Shown here piece by piece: positions 28,910-38,605 of a DNA stretch of 64,000 bases. The stretch spans positions 352,001-416,000 of the forward strand of contig CAVYIM010000003.1 of NCBI GenBank assembly GCA_963768655.1. The letters are read 5' to 3'. Source of the DNA: an uncultured Chloroflexia bacterium. GTDB taxonomy: Bacteria; Chloroflexota; Limnocylindria; Limnocylindrales; CSP1-4. A program made the translations under genes and the position numbers. The notes beneath the pieces were generated by a model, which made no database searches, was not told the origin of the DNA, and was given only the letters and a program-made list of their open reading frames with translations. Each line of letters opens with the position of its first letter. Positions within the stretch are counted from its first letter, which is position 1.

Positions 28910-29502
28910 TGGACTGGCTCCAGGCGACTCGTGCTCGTCTCGACGAAAGTGGGTGGCGAGCCTCCCAGTCCGATCATTCCCGGGAGCGGTGTGATCCACT
29001 GATATGCGTAGGTGATTGTCACGCCGATCCAGTCCACGCCCGTGTGGCCGCTCGCACAGCCCGTGGCCAGCACCACATTGCAGCGATTGGCGGCCGGGTA
29101 ACCGTTGGTGGACTGCGTGTAGGGGATCGTCACGCCGTTGTTGCACAAGTGGGTCCCGTTTCGCAACCAGGTGTCCGCGCCCAGGTTGGTACCGTCGAGA
29201 TTGGTCCAGAAGATGGACACGCTCTGGATGCGCGTACGGTCGACCGGAGCCTGAATGTCGGCTTCGACCTGCTGCAGGATGTAGCAATCGGCGTCGCTGG
29301 CGTTGCCGAGTTCCGCGGCGTACTGATCGGAGTCCTCGCTCGCGTATGTGATGCCGGTCTTGACCGTGAGCAGGAAGGCGAACTCGGCGATCGCGACCAC
29401 CAGGACCATGAAGATCGGAATGACGAGGGCAAACTCGACCAGAGCCTGGCCGCGTGAACGGCGACGGCTTTGACTCAAGGCTGCGCGGCTGTCGTTGCGC
29501 AT
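28906..29502 (-). CDS. TadE-like minor pilin
   Basis: RGQALVEFALVIPIF, GVTITYAYQWITP; GGGGAG SD. Confidence 0.92.
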   Translation of the reverse strand: MRNDSRAALSQSRRRSRGQALVEFALVIPIFMVLVVAIAEFAFLLTVKTGITYASEDSDQYAAELGNASDADCYILQQVEADIQAPVDRTRIQSVSIFWTNLDGTNLGADTWLRNGTHLCNNGVTIPYTQSTNGYPAANRCNVVLATGCASGHTGVDWIGVTITYAYQWITPLPGMIGLGGSPPTFVETSTSRLEPVQ

Positions 29503-29702
29503 CAACTCCCCCGAGGCGGGAAAAGTGGACTCCAAGGAGATCGAGGGTAGGGTCGAATCCTTGCACCTACCATAACTAGGGGGAAGCCGGAGCGCGCGTC
29601 GATCTGCCGAATTGGTGCATTCTGGCCACGAAAGTACCATTGGCTTCTCGAACCTCACCAACGTCCTGGGGCGCGGCCGAACGAACGATCCATTGCGCTC
29701 GC

Positions 29703-30422
29703 TCAGCGCTTCTGCGACCAGTTGGCGCCCGGCCGCAGCTCCGCCGCAACCAGGCGGTAGCCGCCGCCCGATTCGGTGATCAGGTGGATCGGGTGGTCCG
29801 GATCGAACTCCAGCTTCTGGCGCAGGCGCCGGACGGTCACCCAGACGTAGGCCGGGTCGGCGGCGTCCGAGTCGGCCCAGACCTTGTGCAGGAGTTGCTC
29901 GGTCGTCACGGCCGCCGGCATGCTCGCGGCAAGAGTCGCCAGGAACCGTGATTCGGTGGGCGACAGGGCCACGCGGCGGCCACGGACCGTGGCCTCTCTC
30001 TTGCGGGGAGTCAGCGTGATGTCGCCGAGAGCGAGCTCCTCGACCGGTATCTGGTCGCGCAGCCGGCGGAGAACGCGGCGAATCCTGGCCAGCAGCTCGG
30101 CGTAGTCGTACGGCTTGGTGACGTAGTCCTCAGCGAAGTGGGCGATCAGGTCTGCCTTGCTGTCGGCCTCGGCGATGGCCGAGAGGACCAGGATCGGCAG
30201 GTCGGCGCGACTCTTGATACGGCGGGCCAGGGTCTGGCCGTCCATCTCCGGCATCAGCAGATCGAGGATCACGAGGTCCGGCCAGGCGAGATCTAGTTGC
30301 TCGAGGGCCTCACGCGCGCTGCTCGCCCGGGCCACCTCGAAGCCGTCGCCCGTCAGCCGTTCGGCAAGCGCGTCGAGATGCGCCACGTCGTCGTCTACCA
30401 GGAGCAGCCGCGCCTCGATCAC
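29703..30422 (-). CDS. Orphan OmpR/KdpE-family response regulator, close paralog of 14468-15175
   Basis: LLLVDDD, WPDLVILDLLMP, AEDYVTKPY, ADPAYVWVTVRRLRQKLE; leaderless GTG after TAGAAT. Confidence 0.93.
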   Translation of the reverse strand: MIEARLLLVDDDVAHLDALAERLTGDGFEVARASSAREALEQLDLAWPDLVILDLLMPEMDGQTLARRIKSRADLPILVLSAIAEADSKADLIAHFAEDYVTKPYDYAELLARIRRVLRRLRDQIPVEELALGDITLTPRKREATVRGRRVALSPTESRFLATLAASMPAAVTTEQLLHKVWADSDAADPAYVWVTVRRLRQKLEFDPDHPIHLITESGGGYRLVAAELRPGANWSQKR

Positions 30423-30487
30423 AGGATCGATTCTACGGCGCCGTGCGGCTTCGACAACAGCCGGGCGCGGCTGGCGACGGGCGACCG

Positions 30488-31195
30488 TCAATCGAGGCCG
30501 GCAAGCTCGCGGGCCCTCGTCATCGCCGCGTCGAGCATCGCGGGCGTGAGGCGCCCGGTGAAGGTGTTCTGCTGGCTGGGGTGGTACGAGCCCAGCAGGG
30601 CATAGCGGCCGGCGGTGACTTCGGCCATGTGGCCAAACACCGGTTTGGGATGCGGCCCCGGAGCGAGCCCCGCACTGAGCTCCGCCAGTGCCCCTAGCGC
30701 CGCCAGCGTGCCGGCCCAGGCGTATGACCCCAGCGCGACGATGACGCGCAGCTCCGGCAAGGACGCCAGCTCACGAACGAGGTAGGGCAGGCAGTTGTCT
30801 CGCTCATCCGGGAGCGGCTTGTTGTCCGGCGGGGCACAGCGCACCACCGCGGCGACGTACACACCGCGGGCGGACAGCCCGTCCATGGCGTCGGTCGATG
30901 TCGGCTGGTTGACGAAGCCGGTCCGATGGAGCGACGCGAACAGGAAGTCGCCCGATCTGTCGCCGGTGAAGAGCCGGCCGGTTCGATTGCCGCCGTTGGC
31001 GGCGGGAGCGAGCCCGACGAGAAGGACGCGAGCATTCGGATCGCCCCAACCCGGCAGCGGCCGAGCCCAGTAGCGCTGCCCCATGAACCTCGCCGGCGGG
31101 TGCGCCGCCGCCTCTTCGCGCCACTCCACCAGTCTGGGGCAACGGCGGCAGGCGATCACCTCGGCGGAGAGGTCGGTCAGAGAATCGGGCGCCAT
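30488..31195 (-). CDS. udgB: Uracil-DNA glycosylase family 5
   Basis: CRRCPRL, GLAPAANGGNRTGRLFTGD, RCAPPDNKP, YHPSQQNTFTG. Confidence 0.92.
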   Translation of the reverse strand: MAPDSLTDLSAEVIACRRCPRLVEWREEAAAHPPARFMGQRYWARPLPGWGDPNARVLLVGLAPAANGGNRTGRLFTGDRSGDFLFASLHRTGFVNQPTSTDAMDGLSARGVYVAAVVRCAPPDNKPLPDERDNCLPYLVRELASLPELRVIVALGSYAWAGTLAALGALAELSAGLAPGPHPKPVFGHMAEVTAGRYALLGSYHPSQQNTFTGRLTPAMLDAAMTRARELAGLD

Positions 31196-31205
31196 ACGGC
31201 TGACT

Positions 31206-31820
31206 CTAGCGCGCCGCCCCGCTCGCGGTCTCGTCCACCGCCGTCGCCTCGCGCCACCGCTCGACCAGCCGCTCGATGACACGCCGCCGTTCGATCGAGC
31301 GCCAGATGACGAAGGCGGCGATCGCGCCGGCGGCATTCATCATTGCGTCGTCGATGTCCGTGACCCGGTAGGTGAAGCCTTCGATGAGCGACCCCGCAAG
31401 CTGGGTCAGCTCGATGCCGACCCCAAACGCGATGGCCACGATCACGAACCGGCGCCATTCGCGCAGCGCGGGCCATAGCCCCGGTCCGTAGATGCCGAAC
31501 GGAATGAGCGCCAGGGCGTTTCCGAGCAGCTGGCGGAAGTTGTCCCAGGTGAGGTCTTGGAGCTGCCGCGTGATCGTGCCAAACGGCACCACGTTGTCGT
31601 CGCTCAGGCCCCGGGTCTGGCGATAGAACTCCTGACCGGCGATCGGAATCGGGAAGATGGTCAGCGCTACCACCAGAGTCACGTGCGTCAGGGCCAGCAG
31701 CGCCAGCACCTTCCAGCGTCGACCGGCACTGCGCCGCAGCACCCACACGCCGATCAGGGCGGCCGGCGGCAGGACGAGGTAGCCGGGCAGCAGGGTGAGG
31801 TAGCCGTCGGTGATCGTCAT
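31206..31820 (-). CDS. VanZ-family membrane protein
   Basis: NVVPFGTI, LLGNALALIPFG, IELTQL, DIDDAMMNAAG. Confidence 0.88.
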   Translation of the reverse strand: MTITDGYLTLLPGYLVLPPAALIGVWVLRRSAGRRWKVLALLALTHVTLVVALTIFPIPIAGQEFYRQTRGLSDDNVVPFGTITRQLQDLTWDNFRQLLGNALALIPFGIYGPGLWPALREWRRFVIVAIAFGVGIELTQLAGSLIEGFTYRVTDIDDAMMNAAGAIAAFVIWRSIERRRVIERLVERWREATAVDETASGAAR

Positions 31821-32022
31821 CGCGGGCGCCCCTCCGGGTTGTCAGTCGGTCCAGGATGACACGATCGGTCGACCTCGCGACGCGCCGAAGTTGGCCCGTG
31901 GCTTAGCGTCCGGTTTCGGTCCGGTACAGGTTCGGCAACCTTGAGTCTCCGCCGATGCCCGCCAGACGATCCGCGGCCCGATGCGCTGACCGGCTCCAGG
32001 CTGGAGTCCAGGTTGTCCCGCG

Positions 32023-32028
32023 TATAAT
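32023..32028 (+). promoter_or_regulatory. Consensus -10 element upstream of pdxS
   Basis: Perfect TATAAT in a very GC-rich background, 80 nt before the pdxS ATG. Confidence 0.65.
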
Positions 32029-32107
32029 TCGACGGCGTGGGTCGGGTCGCGGCCGTACAGGATTGCGCCCCGCGTCTCCGCCGCAGCTGAAGGATTGGGC
32101 CAAACCA

Positions 32108-32995
32108 ATGACCGCCGAGACCTCCACCTGGGCCACGAAGAAAGGCCTCGCCCAGATGCTCAAGGGCGGCGTCATCATGGACGTCGTTACGCCGGAGCAC
32201 GCCCAAATCGCCGAGGATGCCGGGGCGTGTGCCGTCATGGCCCTCGAGCGTGTCCCGTCCGACATTCGGGCGGCAGGTGGAGTGGCCCGCATGAGCGACC
32301 CGGCGATGATCGAGGGGATCATGGCGGCGGTCAGCATCCCGGTCATGGCCAAGGCCCGGATCGGTCATTTCGTGGAAGCGCAGGTCCTCGAGGCGCTCGG
32401 CGTCGACTACATCGACGAATCAGAGGTTCTCACGCCGGCCGACGAAGCCAACCACATCGACAAGCACGCCTTCAAGGTCCCGTTCGTGTGTGGCTGCCGC
32501 AACCTCGGCGAGGCGCTGCGGCGCATCAACGAGGGCGCGGCGATGATCCGGACCAAGGGCGAAGCCGGCACCGGTGACATCGTCGAGGCCGTCCGCCACA
32601 TCCGCACCCTGATGTCCGAGATCCGGCGTCTCCAGTCGATGCGCGAGGACGAGCTGTTCGTCGCCGCCAAGGAGATGGAGGCGCCGTACGATCTGGTCAG
32701 GCAGGTCGCCGCCGAAGGCAAGCTCCCGGTCGTCAACTTCGTGGCCGGCGGGATCGCCATTCCGGCGGATGCGGCATTGGCCATGCAGCTCGGGGCGGAG
32801 GGCGTGTTCGTGGGGTCGGGCATCTTCAAGAGCGAGAACCCTGCGAAGACAGCCGAGGCGATCGTCCAGGCCACTCTCCACTTCGATAACCCCAAGATCA
32901 TCGCCGAGGTTTCGAAGGGTCTGGGCAGCCCGATGCGCGGCATCGCGGCGGTCACGATCCCGGAGGCGGAACGTCTGGCGGTCCGGGGCTGGTAG
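32108..32995 (+). CDS. pdxS: Pyridoxal 5'-phosphate synthase lyase subunit
   Basis: [57 protein letters not shown]. Confidence 0.98.
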   Translation: MTAETSTWATKKGLAQMLKGGVIMDVVTPEHAQIAEDAGACAVMALERVPSDIRAAGGVARMSDPAMIEGIMAAVSIPVMAKARIGHFVEAQVLEALGVDYIDESEVLTPADEANHIDKHAFKVPFVCGCRNLGEALRRINEGAAMIRTKGEAGTGDIVEAVRHIRTLMSEIRRLQSMREDELFVAAKEMEAPYDLVRQVAAEGKLPVVNFVAGGIAIPADAALAMQLGAEGVFVGSGIFKSENPAKTAEAIVQATLHFDNPKIIAEVSKGLGSPMRGIAAVTIPEAERLAVRGW

Positions 32996-33052
32996 CCCGG
33001 CGTAGCGGGACGCACGGTCCAGCGGGACCGATGCGAACCCGGAGCGCGTGAT

Positions 33053-33691
33053 GTGAAGATTGGCGTACTGGCGCTCCACGGCGCCGTCATCGAGCATATC
33101 CAGACCCTGCGGTCGATCGGCGTCGAGCCGGTCCCGGTGCGGCTGCCCGAGGACCTCGAGGGGATCTCCGGCCTCATTCTGCCCGGCGGTGAGAGCACGA
33201 CGATGCGCAAGCTCGTGGCTCGATGGGGTTTGCGGGAGCCGATCATGGCACTGGCCAGGTCGGGGGCGCCGATCCTCGGCACCTGCGCCGGGATGATCAT
33301 CGTGGCCAGGCAGATTGCCGGCGGCGAGGAGCCCGTCTTCCCGCTGCTCGACGTGACGGTCGAGCGAAACGCGTTCGGGCGCCAGCTCGACTCGTTCGAG
33401 ACGGACCTGGCGATGCCGATCCTGGGCGATCGGCCGGTCCATGCCATCTTCATCCGCGCTCCGGTCATCGAGCGGCTGGGCCCCGGCGTCGAGGTCCTGG
33501 CCAGGCTCCCCGATCAGCGCGTCGTTGCCGTCCGCCAGCGCAACGTGATCGCGATCTCCTTCCATCCCGAGCTGGCTGGCGAAACCCGGATCCACCGGCT
33601 CGTGGCCACGATGGCCGCGGAGTACGCCGAGCCCCGCGAGGGGACGCCCGCTGCCGGAACTGAGCGATGGTCGCTCGGGGAGGCGATGTGA
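33053..33691 (+). CDS. pdxT: PLP synthase glutaminase subunit
   Basis: PGGESTT, GTCAG, RNAFGRQLDSF, FIRAP, FHPEL. Confidence 0.97.
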   Translation: MKIGVLALHGAVIEHIQTLRSIGVEPVPVRLPEDLEGISGLILPGGESTTMRKLVARWGLREPIMALARSGAPILGTCAGMIIVARQIAGGEEPVFPLLDVTVERNAFGRQLDSFETDLAMPILGDRPVHAIFIRAPVIERLGPGVEVLARLPDQRVVAVRQRNVIAISFHPELAGETRIHRLVATMAAEYAEPREGTPAAGTERWSLGEAM

Positions 33692-34719
33692 GCGGCCGCG
33701 TCCGTCTCGCCCGCATCACGGACCTCGCCGCCCTGGGCGAGCTCTCGCGGCTCTCTCAACAGGAGCACGTAGACGCGCGCTCGCTCGGGCTGCCGCTGAG
33801 CGGGCCGCGGATCGGCGTCTTCAGCCTGTTCCGGCTTCCGCTCGGGGCGTTCCGGCCCAACGATCTGCTCTTCGTCTACGAGGACGAGCGGCGGCTCTCG
33901 GGCCTGCTGCGCGTGGAGCGAGACGCCTCCCGCGATGAGATGACGATCGTGGAGCTGGACGCCATTGGCTCGGGCGATTCGGGTGACACCCGCTACCGGC
34001 TCGTGCAGCACCTGTTGCGCGACGGAACGAAGCGCGGCGCCTTCCGGTTCCATGTCGCGTGCGCCGACGTACAGGGCAACGTCGAGCTCTTCATGCAGGC
34101 CGGCTTCGCCCGCTACGGCCAGGAGCGATTGCTGTTCCGCGGCCCGGGCAGGCCGCTGCCGCCGGCATGGTCCGACGAGAAGGTGCGCTCGGCAGGCATC
34201 CGGTCCTGCCAGCCGCTGGACGCGCTGCCGCTCGCCCGGCTGTACGCGTCGGTCACGCCCCAGCCGGTGGCGCGCCTGGAGGCATATCGCCTCGCCGACT
34301 GGGAGCGCCAGGGATCCTCGACGCGCGTGCCCCGTTCGAGCCTCGCTCCGATCCTGAGGTTCGCGGACGTCGAGGCCTTCGTCCAGGAGTCGGTCGAGGG
34401 CGGCGTGGACAAGCTGACGGCGCTGCTGCAAGTGGGCGTGGCCCGCGAAGAGCAGCCCCACTACTTGAAGATAATGGCCCGGCCCGGCGCCGATCTGGAG
34501 TCGCTCGTGGACTTCGGTCTGGGTCTGATCCGGGCCCGGATCGAAAGGGGCGGCAACTGTCCGGACAACGGCGTCTTGGCGCCGGTCCGGACCTACAAAT
34601 CGCCGGTCGACAGTCGCTTGGAGGAAGCCGGTTTCTCGATCCTGGAAACGGTGTCGCTGCTTATGAAAGAAGCGGTCGTCCGGGTCGCCGAACCCGCACT
34701 CGTTCCGGCTGTACGCTAG
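33688..34719 (+). CDS. Hypothetical protein, probable tandem GNAT-like fold
   Basis: VRLARITDLAAL and IRSCQPLDALPLARLY starts, and LFMQAGF and LEEAGF ends, suggest two GNAT-like units; GTGA-coupled to pdxT. Confidence 0.65.
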   Translation: MSGRVRLARITDLAALGELSRLSQQEHVDARSLGLPLSGPRIGVFSLFRLPLGAFRPNDLLFVYEDERRLSGLLRVERDASRDEMTIVELDAIGSGDSGDTRYRLVQHLLRDGTKRGAFRFHVACADVQGNVELFMQAGFARYGQERLLFRGPGRPLPPAWSDEKVRSAGIRSCQPLDALPLARLYASVTPQPVARLEAYRLADWERQGSSTRVPRSSLAPILRFADVEAFVQESVEGGVDKLTALLQVGVAREEQPHYLKIMARPGADLESLVDFGLGLIRARIERGGNCPDNGVLAPVRTYKSPVDSRLEEAGFSILETVSLLMKEAVVRVAEPALVPAVR

Positions 34720-34740
34720 CCCGAAAGCACAGGAGAAGAC

Positions 34741-37071
34741 GTGGCTGATCAGGGTGGGCACCGCCGGCGGGAGTCGATCGACGACCTGGATCTGCTTCTC
34801 GCGGCCCTTCCCCCCGATGTCGTGGCGGCTGTGCATGCCCTGACGGATCCCGCGGACCTGATCGAGGTCGTCATGGATCTGGGGCGCCGGCCGGAGGCGC
34901 GCTCCACCAACAGCGAGGTGACCCTGCTGGAGCGCGAGATCACCGAGGCCGACATCAAGTACGTCGTCGACCACATCGGCACCTTCGGCGACGACAACCG
35001 CGCCGGCATCGAGCGGACGCTCCATCGAATCAGCGCCGTCCGCAATCGAACCGGCAAGATCGTCGGCCTGACCTGCCGCATCGGCCGGGCTGTCTATGGC
35101 ACGATCGAGATCATCAACGACTTCGTCGAGTCGGGGAAGTCGATCCTGATCATGGGCCGGCCGGGCATCGGCAAGACGACGATGCTGCGCGAAGCGGCGC
35201 GCGTCCTGGCCGACGACCACGGCAAACGGGTCGTGGTCGTGGACACGAGCAACGAAATCGCGGGCGACGGCGACATTCCCCATCCCGCGATCGGGCGGGC
35301 CAGGCGAATGCAGGTCCGAACTCCCTCGCTCCAGCATGAAGTGATGATCGAGGCGGTCGAGAACCACATGCCCGAGGTCATCGTCATCGACGAAATCGGG
35401 ACCGAGCTGGAGGCACAGGCCGCCCGGACGATCGCCGAGCGCGGCGTGCAGCTGATCGGCACGGCCCACGGCAACAACCTCGACAACCTGATGCTCAACC
35501 CGACGCTCACGGACCTGATCGGCGGTATCCAGACGGTCACGCTCGGGGACGAGGAGGCGCGGCGCCGCCGCTCGCAAAAGAGTGTTCTCGAGCGCAAGGC
35601 CCCACCCACCTTCGACGTCATCGTCGAGATCCTCGACCGGGAGAGAGTCACGGTCCACGCCGACGTGGCCGAGACCGTGGATTCGCTCCTGCGCGGCGAT
35701 CCGATCTCGTCCGAGCTGCGCTGGCGCGACGAGGGCGGCGTCCACCGCTCGCAGTCGCGGCCCAAGCCGTCGCCGCGCGAAGCGCTGAGTGGCGGCGATC
35801 GCTTCGGCAGCGACCGCTTCGCCGGCCTCGTCGGTGCCGGGCCGGGCTGGCGCACCGAGCCGGGCTGGCGCGGCTCCGGCTCGTATCGCTCCCCGTCCGA
35901 CTGGCGGGAAGTGGATCGGAGCGGGGCGCGGCCGGGTTACCGGCCCGGGGCCGGCGGCGGCTGGCGGACGCCGGTTCGAGGCTCGCGCGAAGTCCATGAC
36001 GGGGCGCGCCGGACGCGCAGCGGCGAAGGGTCGAGCGGCAATGGCGGCGCGCCCGGCGGTGCTCCGGGCGGCGGGCCCGGTGGTGGGCCTGGCCAAGGCT
36101 GGCCCGGCGGCGGGCCTGGCGCCGGCCCCGATCCGATCGCGCGGGCTCTCCCCGGCGAGCGGTTCGCGGCCTCGCCGCGCGGTCCCGGGGGCGACGCGCC
36201 CGTGACGCCGTTCAAGGCCGGGGAGATCGCGGACCGCGGCCCCATCGAGCGTGGAGCGCTGCCGGTGCCGGAGCCCCGGGCGCGCGAGCAGCGCGAGCTC
36301 GAGCGCCAGCGCTCCTGGGCCCAGCAGGCGACGCGGGCCCTCAACGACTATCGCGCCGAGGGCGTGGACGAGGAGGATGAGCCGGCAGCAGCAGCGCGAC
36401 GCGAGGCGGCCACTCCGGGCGCGCCTGGCCGCACGGCGGCCACTCCCACCACAGCCCGCCCAGACGCGGAGGAGGATCTCGAGGACCGCGAGGAGCTGGT
36501 CGACGAGCTCGGCGAGGACGACGAGGCGCTGGCCGACATGGTCCGGACACGGGCCGGAGGCGAGGCGTCCCAGGAGGAGGACGGCGCCCCGGTCCTGCGC
36601 GTCCGCGATGCCGGCTCGATCCTGCCGACGCTGCGGGTCCTGCCCCACGGCATCAGCCGCAAGCGCCTCGAGCAGGCGATCAAGGAGTTGCAGCTGCCGG
36701 TCATCATCGCCCGCGACCCCGACGAGGCAGATGTCGTGATGACCCTCAAGAGTGAGTATCGCCAGAAGACCTCCGGCCTGCGCGAGGCGGAGGATCGGGG
36801 CCTGCCGATCTACGTCCTGAAGAGCAACACCATCGTCCAGATGGAGGCCAGCCTGACTTCGATCTTCTCGCTCGAAGTCGACCCACGGGAGGCGGCCCTC
36901 CGCGAAGCCGAGGAGGCGATCGGGCTGGTCATCCACCGCTCCGAGCCCGTCGAGCTCTCGCCCCAGAACGCATACATCCGCCGGCTGCAGCACCAGATGG
37001 CCGAACGCGCGAACCTGATCTCGCGCTCGCGGGGCCGCGAACCCTACCGCCGGGTTCGCCTCTACCCATGA
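34741..37071 (+). CDS. Ycf45/SpoIIIAA-like AAA+ ATPase with C-terminal R3H domain and large low-complexity insertion
   Basis: EVVMDLGRRP, RAGIERTLHRIS, GRPGIGKTT, VDTSNEIAGDGD, IVIDEIG, GTAHG; R3H PQNAYIRRLQH. Confidence 0.92.
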   Translation: MADQGGHRRRESIDDLDLLLAALPPDVVAAVHALTDPADLIEVVMDLGRRPEARSTNSEVTLLEREITEADIKYVVDHIGTFGDDNRAGIERTLHRISAVRNRTGKIVGLTCRIGRAVYGTIEIINDFVESGKSILIMGRPGIGKTTMLREAARVLADDHGKRVVVVDTSNEIAGDGDIPHPAIGRARRMQVRTPSLQHEVMIEAVENHMPEVIVIDEIGTELEAQAARTIAERGVQLIGTAHGNNLDNLMLNPTLTDLIGGIQTVTLGDEEARRRRSQKSVLERKAPPTFDVIVEILDRERVTVHADVAETVDSLLRGDPISSELRWRDEGGVHRSQSRPKPSPREALSGGDRFGSDRFAGLVGAGPGWRTEPGWRGSGSYRSPSDWREVDRSGARPGYRPGAGGGWRTPVRGSREVHDGARRTRSGEGSSGNGGAPGGAPGGGPGGGPGQGWPGGGPGAGPDPIARALPGERFAASPRGPGGDAPVTPFKAGEIADRGPIERGALPVPEPRAREQRELERQRSWAQQATRALNDYRAEGVDEEDEPAAAARREAATPGAPGRTAATPTTARPDAEEDLEDREELVDELGEDDEALADMVRTRAGGEASQEEDGAPVLRVRDAGSILPTLRVLPHGISRKRLEQAIKELQLPVIIARDPDEADVVMTLKSEYRQKTSGLREAEDRGLPIYVLKSNTIVQMEASLTSIFSLEVDPREAALREAEEAIGLVIHRSEPVELSPQNAYIRRLQHQMAERANLISRSRGREPYRRVRLYP

Positions 37072-37181
37072 GCTCGGCCGCCGCCCTGCCCGTTCGATCA
37101 GGCCGGCGCAGCCGGCGACCGCGGGTCGCGCCGCCGGACCGGGACCCGCTCACCGGCCCGCGGCTCGGCTAGACTCGACGG

Positions 37182-37922
37182 ATGCACCTCGACGGCGGTC
37201 GCCGACGCGGCTTCTTCCTGACGCTCGAGGGCCCCGAGGGCTCCGGCAAGTCGACCCAGGCCCAGCGGCTCTCTGCCCGGCTGATCTCATCCGGCGTGCC
37301 GTGCGTGATGACTCGTGAGCCGGGCGGGACGGCCCTGGGCGAGGCAGTTCGCCAGGTATTGCTCCACGCCCCGGAGATGTCGCCCGTGCCGGCGGCCGAT
37401 GCGCTGCTCTTCAATGCCGCTCGGGCTCAGCTCGTGGCCGAAGTCATCGGACCGGCGCTCGATCGCGGCGAAGTCGTCATCTGCGACCGCTTCGCCGATT
37501 CGACGCTCGCCTACCAGGGGTTCGGCGCCGGCCAGCCACTCGAGGTCTTGCGTTCGCTGGCCCGCTTTGCGGTGGGCGACCTGCGCCCCGATCTGACCGT
37601 CCTGATCGACCTGCCCGTCGAGGACGGCCTGGCGCGCAAGCAGGCGGACGAGGTCACCCGCTTCGAGGAAAGGGCCGACGTGGAGTTTCATCGTCGGGTG
37701 CGCGACGGATTCCTGGCCCTGGCCGCCGGGGAGCCGGACCGTTTCGTCGTGGTGGACGGCCGCCAGTCGGTCGAGACGATCGCAGAATCGATCTTCGAGG
37801 CGCTCCGTCGCAGGCTCGACGCCGGGCTCGATTTGCCGGCGCGCACCATCGAAGATGCCCCTGACGCCTCTCCTCTCCCTTCGAGTGAACCGGAACGCAG
37901 TTCGCTGCGAATGGACAGATGA
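37182..37922 (+). CDS. tmk: Thymidylate kinase
   Basis: EGPEGSGKSTQ, TREPGGT, CDRFADSTLAYQG, PDLT. Confidence 0.96.
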   Translation: MHLDGGRRRGFFLTLEGPEGSGKSTQAQRLSARLISSGVPCVMTREPGGTALGEAVRQVLLHAPEMSPVPAADALLFNAARAQLVAEVIGPALDRGEVVICDRFADSTLAYQGFGAGQPLEVLRSLARFAVGDLRPDLTVLIDLPVEDGLARKQADEVTRFEERADVEFHRRVRDGFLALAAGEPDRFVVVDGRQSVETIAESIFEALRRRLDAGLDLPARTIEDAPDASPLPSSEPERSSLRMDR

Positions 37923-38605
37923 GGGACCCGGTGGTCTTGCCCACGACCCTGGTCATGCCCCAGGAACCCTCTGAGGAACAATCGGAGGCCGAATTGATGC
38001 GTCAGGTCGCCGCCGGTGAGATCGGCGGGTTGGAGACGCTTTACGACCGCTACCACGCGGTCGCATATGCGCTCGCCCTGCGCATCACAACCGAGACCGG
38101 GCTGGCAGAAGACGTCGTCCAGGATTTGTTCCTTGGCCTGTGGCGCAACGCCGGCCGCTATGCCGAAGACAAGGGCAGCGTCAAGGGTTGGTTGCTGGCC
38201 ATCGTCCGCCACCGTGCCATCGACTCGATGCGCCGCCGCCGCAACGGCGTAGCCATCGGCGATGAGACGGAGGAACTGCTTCCCGCCGCCTTGACGCTGC
38301 CCGATATCTGGCCGGAGGTCGCCGGACGGCTCGATGCCCAGAAGATAAGGCTCGCCCTGGCGAAGCTGCCGGAGGCCCAGCGCGACGCCATCGAGCTGGC
38401 CTACTACGACGGCCTTACGCAGCGCGAGATCGCCACCAGGACCGGCGCCCCTCTTGGAACGGTCAAGAGCAGGATGCGGCTGGGGCTGGTTTCACTGCGG
38501 CGCGAGCTGATGGACATCGCCGAGGGGCCAGAATGGGCCGCCCCGGCAGTCCGAACCGCCGGAGCCTCAGCGCTCCCGTTCGGTGGCCCGGAAGGCAGGG
38601 TGTGA
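37919..38605 (+). CDS. ECF sigma factor (SigK-like)
   Basis: LYDRY, AEDVVQDLF, WLLAIVRHRAID, LAYYDGLTQREIA, PLGTVKSRMRLGL. Confidence 0.93.
   Translation: MRDPVVLPTTLVMPQEPSEEQSEAELMRQVAAGEIGGLETLYDRYHAVAYALALRITTETGLAEDVVQDLFLGLWRNAGRYAEDKGSVKGWLLAIVRHRAIDSMRRRRNGVAIGDETEELLPAALTLPDIWPEVAGRLDAQKIRLALAKLPEAQRDAIELAYYDGLTQREIATRTGAPLGTVKSRMRLGLVSLRRELMDIAEGPEWAAPAVRTAGASALPFGGPEGRV

Noticed and set aside
7495-29640. Recurring GTAC/AAAG-type words in promoter regions (about 7496, 8828 and 29631)
   Set aside because: Too short and variable to separate from chance without a genome-wide test.
31206-31820. vanZ as part of a glycopeptide resistance cluster
   Set aside because: No vanHAX or vanRS genes; VanZ-like proteins are widespread as stand-alone genes.
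33514-36993. 1159-aa minus-strand ORF and other long antisense or alternate-frame ORFs (e.g. 12772-14649, 19456-21045, 55224-57611)
   Set aside because: They overlap well-supported genes and lack motifs; such shadow ORFs are expected at high GC with strong codon bias.
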